Shown here: piece after piece, positions 57,893-64,000 of the stretch
Position numbering within the stretch: position 1 is the stretch's first letter
Layout: the number at the start of each line of letters is the position of its first letter
Origin: the human T2T-CHM13v2.0 reference genome, Homo sapiens
Assembly: GCF_009914755.1 (NCBI RefSeq)
Contig: NC_060936.1
Length of the DNA: 64,000 nt
Strand: one strand, 5' to 3'
Made by a program: the position numbers and the translations under genes
Notes under the pieces: model-generated
What the model was told of the DNA's origin: nothing
The model's database searches: none
Seen by the model: only the letters and a program-made list of their open reading frames with translations

Positions 57893-60251
57893 CTGGCATA
57901 CCTCGATTTTTGCACTTCACTTTTTTATACTTCTCAGATACTGCGTTTTGCTTTTTTTTTTTTTTTTTTTTTTTAACAAATTGAAGCTTTGTGACATCCT
58001 TGTGTTGAATAAGTCTATAGGCACTATTTTTCCAACAGCATGAGTTCGCTTTTTGTCTCTAGGTCACATTTTGGTAATTCTTGCAGCATTTCAAGTGTTT
58101 GTATTGTTATGTATCTGTTATGATGATTTGTGACCCCCACTCTTTCATGTTACTATTGTATTTGTTTTAGGATGCCATGAACTGCACCCATAAAAGTTGG
58201 CAAACTTAATGCATCAATGTTGTATATGTTCTGACTGCTTTACTGACTGGCCATTTCCCCATCTTCTCCTTCTCTTCAGACCTCCGTGTTTCCTGAGATA
58301 CAACAATATTGAAATTGGGTCAGTTAATGACTATAATGGCCTATATGTGTTCAAGTGAAAGGAAGAGCCACACATCTCTCACTTTAAATCAAAAGCTAGA
58401 TATGATTAAACTTACTGAGGAAGGCATGTCAAAAGCTGAGATAGGCTGAAAGCTAGTCTTCTTATGCCAACAGTTAACCAAGTTATGAATGTAAAGGAAT
58501 AGATCTTAAAGGAAATTAATAGTGCTACTCCAGTGAACAAACAAGTGATAAGAGAGCAAAACAGTCTTATTGCTGGTACGGAGAAAGTTTTAGTGGTCTG
58601 GATAGAAGATCAAATCAGCCACAGCATACCTGTAGGTCTATACTTAACACAGGGCAAGATGCTAACTCTGTTCAGTCTTTTGAAGGGAGAGTGGGGTGAG
58701 GATGCTACACAAGAAAAGTTGAAAACTAGGAGAGATTGGTATATGATGTTTGAGAAAAGAAGATGAAGCAGCAAGTACTGATATAGAAGCTGCAGCAGAA
58801 TATCCAGAATATCTAGTTAAGATCATTGATGAAGGTGGCTAAACAACAGATTTTCCATGTAGACAAAATGGCCTTCTACCAGAGGATGAAGCCATATAAG
58901 ATTTTTATAACAAGAGAGGGGAAGAAGGCAATGCCTAGCTTCAAAAATTCAAAGGACAGGCTGAATCTTATTAGGGGCTAATGCAGTCAGTGACTTTAAG
59001 TTGAAGCAAATGCTCACTGATTATTTTAAAAATCCTAGGACCTTTAAAAATTATGCTATATCTACTCTGCCTATGCTCTAGAAATGGAACTACAAAGCCT
59101 GGATAAAAGTCCACCTGTTTATAGTATGATTTACTGAATATTTTAAGGCTATTACTGAGATCTACTGCTCAGAAGAAGAGACTCCTTTCAAAATACTACT
59201 GCTCATTGACAATGTACCTGGTTGCCCAAGAGCTCTGATGGAGGTGTACAGGGGAGTAAAATTTTCAGGCCTGCTAATGCAACATACATTCTGCAGCCCA
59301 TGGATCAGGAAGTAATATTGACTTTTAAGTCTTATTATTTAAGACATACATTTTGTAAGGCTATAACTGTCATACATTGTGATTTATCTGATAGATCTAG
59401 GCAAAGTAAGTGGAAAACCTTCTGGAAAGGATTTAATATTCTAGATGTCATTAAGAACATTTGTGATATGTGGGAGGAGGTCAAAATATCAACATTAAGA
59501 GAAGTACAGAAGAAGTTGATTCCAGCCCTCATGGATAACTTTTAAGGGGTTCATGACTCTGGTAGAGGAAATAACTGCAGATGTGGTGGAAATAGCAGGA
59601 TAATTAGAATTAGAAGTAGAGCCTGAAGATTTGATTGAATTTGTGCAATCTTATGATAAAACATTAATAAATGAGGAGCTGCTTCTTATGGATGAGAAAG
59701 AAAATGGTTTCTTGAGACAGAATCTATTTCTGGTGACAGCGCTATGAACATTGCTGGAAATAACAACAAAGGATTTAGAATATTTTATAAACTTAGTTGG
59801 CAAAGCAGCAGCAGGGTTTGAAAGGATTGGCTTAAATTTTGAAAGAAGTTTTACTATGGGTAAAATGCTATCAGACTGTAATGTATGCTACAGAGAAATA
59901 TTTCCTGAAAGAAAAAGTCAATCAATGTGGCAAGTTTCATTGTTGTTTTAATCTAAGAAATTGCCACAGCCACCTGAATCTTCAGCAACCACCAAAATGA
60001 TCAGTCATCAGCTATCAATATGTAGGCAAGACAATCCTCCAGCAAAAAGATTACAATGCACTGAAGGCTCATGATTTTTTAGCCACAAAGTATTTTTAAT
60101 TAATGTGTGTACTTACTAGACTACAGTATAGTGTAAATATAACTTAAGTATGTACTGGAAAACCAAAACATTCATGCGACTTGTTTTATTGCAGTATTTA
60201 CTTTATTAGGTGATCTGGAACAGAACCCACAGTATCTTCAAGGTATGTGTA
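57893..60251 (+). mobile_element. Second near-full-length (about 2.36 kb) decayed Tigger1
   Basis: TA|ctggcatacctcg ... atcttcaaggtatg TIRs. Plus-strand transposase relics 58533..58766 (EKVLVVWIEDQISH), 59222..59545 ([17 protein letters not shown]) and 59751..59951. Confidence 0.95.
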
Positions 60252-62157
60252 TACTTCTCTAAATCAAATTTAATCTGATCCAAGCCTTCATCTCATTATA
60301 TTGGCTGAAAGTTCAGTTTCAATAATTACTGGAGTTTTTTTCCATTTCTGGATTAGGCAAAGGTGCTATTTAGGGTAGATGGGTGGAAGGCGGATCTTGA
60401 TGTTTTTGGTTCAAATGGATTTCTGCCCAAGCTCACATCAGCCCTTGAGTGGGAGGGGATCTTCTACTTTTGTTTCAAGCTTCAGCCTGTGTCTTCGTGA
60501 GGCTGGGTGCCCAGGCACTTAGTGTTCAGTTTCCCTACATACAGAATGCTGTTGTTCCTTTCAGAAGTCTGCCATCTCCTCCTTTTGTAGAACTTCCTTG
60601 TAGAAGCCACAGATCTCAGTCCCTATTGTAGTCTTGGGAGAAGCTTTCCCTCGATATATTCACCTTATTTTCCTTTCTTCTTACCCCAAAGACCTAGCAT
60701 AACTCCCCAGATGAGTTTAGGCTTTTAGGAAGAAAGAATCCAGAAAAATGCATAATCTTTAGGCAAATTCTTCTTTGGCCATACAACATGAACTCCTCTA
60801 AGAAGAAAACCTAAAGACCTGGTGACCACCTTGGAGCCAGGAAGCAAAATGACAGGAGAAATAAGACACATATTAATCTCTCACCATCTTGGTTCAACAC
60901 TGGTTTCAGAATGTAGAACATGGGAGTTTTCTCTGAAGTTCGTGCTGACACTTCTTTCACACTTTTAAAAGTCATCTTTTCAGTCACTCACTAAAATCCA
61001 GTCATGTTAAATGGCAGTCTACACAGTTTTAGTAATTTCTGGCCTATCTTATAGCCCATATATATCTTTCATTGGCACATGCAGTATGATTCTTCCCACA
61101 ACAGAGATCTCAAATGATGGAGTTGCAATGCACACCAGCACAGATCTTGAGGGGCCCAAACACACCAAGATAATAATATGTTAATTATATTTGGTCTGGA
61201 ATTTAGAATAGATTTTTTGATTCATAGAATTGAAATAAGCCAATTACCTTTACTTCTGTAAAAATACTATGGAATGGATTTTTAAAAGTACAGTGAAGCA
61301 GGCTTTGGTCATTCATGACTTTGAAATATCTGCCTGACCTTGAAGAAATTACTGAGAGTCTGCCACTTCTCTATTGCAGGCTCATTGGTCTCTTCCTCTT
61401 CTCTTTTATTCTCTATTTATTATTATTTATTTCTCTTTTTCTCCTATGCTCTTCCTCATTGCTTACTCTTTCTATTTCCCCTATCTCCTTTCCCTAATTT
61501 TTTTTTTTTTTTAAATCATAGAATAGTCATTTTGTAGCCCCATCAAGAACATTCAGGACTAAAAAGACAATTTCTATGTTAAGGTATTTTCTTTTTTTTT
61601 AAACTGAAGAGCTTCTTTATCTTCCCATTAACAGAATCTAGATATGCTAATACTTTTATCTATATATACAAATGGTGTTTGTTATTATTTTTTTTCCACC
61701 TCAAGAAACTAAACTATAATTTAGGGAAGCAACATAATCTCAGTAAATATCATTCCTAGAGTTCACATCAGAAAAAAATCAGGTCAATTTTCTCTACACT
61801 AGTTCTTATGTTTCTAAACTGATATTCCCTTGGATCTTTTTAAGACCAACTGGTGGTATTGAGGTCAGGACTTTAATTGTGAAAATCCAAAGATTTTTGT
61901 TTTCATTAAGAAGCTGTATAAAAAAGATGTCGCATCCTGTTTCCATTTCTGCAGCAGCATTTTTCTAAAAGTGGTTAGTGTTAGTTATCTTGCTCCATAT
62001 CTTGCTCTGTCTCCTGCCCTCTCTCCTTGTCTTTCTCTCTCTTTGTGGATATGTGTGCAAAGATCAGACTCCAAAATCAAAAGAATAAAGTTTTCCAAGT
62101 GGTTCAAGTCAATTCAAAAACTGCAAAGAGGATAAAAATAGTTCCTAGTCTCTAGAA

Positions 62158-62371
62158 CAATGTTCAGCAAACTATGGCCCACGGGCCAAATATGGCTCGC
62201 TGCATGTAAATATAGTTTTATTGGAACATAGCCATGTTTGTTTCCATATTGTCTATGACTGCTTTTGCACTTCAATGACAGGGTTCAATAGTTGCTACAG
62301 AAATGGTATTGCCTGAGAAACCTAAAATATTTACTCTCTGGCTCATTATAGAAAACATTTACTTACTCATG
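62158..62371 (+). mobile_element. MER58A (hAT-Charlie)
   Basis: gcaaactatggcccacgggccaaat...ttttattggaacatagccatg...cctaaaatatttact; degenerate 8-bp TSD ctctagaa/ctataaaa. Confidence 0.88.
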
Positions 62372-63416
62372 CTATAAAAGCTTACATTTAGTGTGGGAGT
62401 GCTGTGGAGAGTAATGGGCAAGGAGACATAGATGCCTGTTTGCTCACCTTTATTATATGTTATGCTGGATAAGGAGGCAAAGTCATTTGTGTTTCCATTG
62501 TATTTTGTATATATTTCTTTTAAAGCACTTGCCAATAGGCAATTGCAGTTATTATTTCTAAATACTTGTCTCCCCTAGTATTTAACTGTGTTTCTTTTAA
62601 AAACACTTATTGAAGACCTACTTTGTGCCAGGTATGGAAGATATGGTAGCAAACAATAACAGCAAAATATTGACTCTCTTTCATGGGATTTCCAATCAAG
62701 GCCAATTGTTGCAAATCCAAATGTTTTCAGGGAACAGGTTGGTAATGTAAATGAGTGAAGCAGCACAGGTATAGGCCACTTTCTTTGACTATTAAGTGTG
62801 TAGAAAGAACTTTCACTTCCACAGAGTTTGTGCTATTCCTTGGTTTTATTGAAACATGAGTTTCTCTTAGATTATCCTTCAGTTTTCCAATTATGATAGA
62901 GACATCTTTGAGATATATTTCTCTTCTATGAGAAAATAATGTGTGATGGCTGAGGGGGGCTGACACTTGGCTTTCATGTCAGGAAAACAATAAAGAATGA
63001 TGGGGACTATGACACACTGGAGACCACTCACTTCTTCAAAGGGAACTCCAGCTACTCAACTCCAGAGTATTATTGTCATATAGGAATGGTAAATCCTTCT
63101 TCTTCCTCCCCTTCCTCCTCTTCCTCCAGCTTTTCATCTTCTGCTTGTCCTTTTTCTTCTCCATCTCCTTCTTTTGAGGGGACAGAGAGAAGCTGAAGAG
63201 CTAATCTGAATTTTATGTGAACTTCTAATTTTTAAATGTTGACTAAATTTATAACATACTGGGCAGGCCAAACTCAGTATATGTGCTGGTCAGATTTTGT
63301 TCACAGTCCATCACTTTGTGTTCCCTGTGTGAGAACGGTTTAAGGTCCTTGGGAACAAATACCTTGGTGTAAAAATGACAATATTCTCAGTGATTCTTTA
63401 ATTGTGTGTTATTAGT

Positions 63417-63839
63417 TGTGTTAGTCCATTCTCATGCTGCTAATAAAGACATACCCCAGACTGGGTAATTTATAAAGGAAAGAGGTTTAATGGACTCACA
63501 GTTCCACATGGCTGGGGAGGCCTCACTGTCACAGTGGAAGGTGAAGAAAGAGCAAAGGGATGTCTTACATGGCATCAGGCAAAAGGGTATGTGCAGGGGA
63601 ATTTCCTTTATGAAACCATCAGATCTCATGAGGCTTATTCACTATCACAAGAATAGCACTGATAAAGCCCATCCCCACGATTCAATTACCTCACACCAGT
63701 CTCTCCCACCACACGTGGGGATTATTATAATTCAAGGTGATACTTAGATGGGGACACAGATCCAAACCATGTCATTTTACCCCTAGGCCCTCCCAAATCT
63801 CATGTCCTCACATTTCAAAACCAATCATGCTTTCCCAAT
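63417..63839 (-). mobile_element. THE1 (C-like) LTR (63417-63774) plus about 65 bp of adjoining THE1 internal sequence
   Basis: tgtgttagtccattctcatgctgctaataaagacatacc...caaaccatgtca, followed by ttttacccctaggccctcccaaatctcatgtcctcacatttcaaaacc (internal 3' end, polypurine-tract side). Confidence 0.88.
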
Positions 63840-64000
63840 TATATTAGTAAATTTGCACACTGCTGATAAAGACATACCTGAGAGCAGGTAATTTATAAAG
63901 AAAAAGGTTTAATGGACTCACAGTTCCATGTGGCTAGGGAGACCTTGCAATCATGGCAGAAGGCGAAAGACACATCTTACATGGCAAAAGACAAGAGAAA
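63840..64000 (-). mobile_element. Second THE1 (B-like) LTR, cut by the window end
   Basis: tatattagt...cacactgctgataaagacatacctgaga...ggactcacagttccatgtggct. Confidence 0.85.

Overview
Primate, almost certainly human, genomic DNA holding the 3' end of TPH2 (tryptophan hydroxylase 2, the neuronal serotonin-synthesis enzyme) on the + strand. It covers the distal part of intron 8, coding exons 9 (16284-16379), 10 (25156-25289) and 11 (CDS 25419-25593), and a 3'UTR ending near AATAAA at 26318-26323. About 37 kb of downstream sequence follows with no recognisable coding exon. The rest is typical mammalian repeat landscape: eight Alus, two full-length Tigger1 DNA transposons in opposite orientation, MER31, THE1, MSTA and MLT1 LTRs, MER20/MER5/MER47/MER58 elements, L2/MIR/L1 relics and microsatellites. 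Nearly all ORFs in the six-frame track are repeat-derived or chance. I found no convincing novel biological system. The best leads are: an inverted Alu pair bracketing the in-frame, iron-ligand-bearing exon 9; a retainable 129-nt last intron with an immediate stop codon; a split local duplication with a G4 motif in intron 8; a CTCF/YY1/CpG island-let at about 11 kb; and the inverted Tigger1 pair. Exon numbering, residue numbering, variant names and repeat subfamilies are from memory and by-eye comparison, not from database searches.
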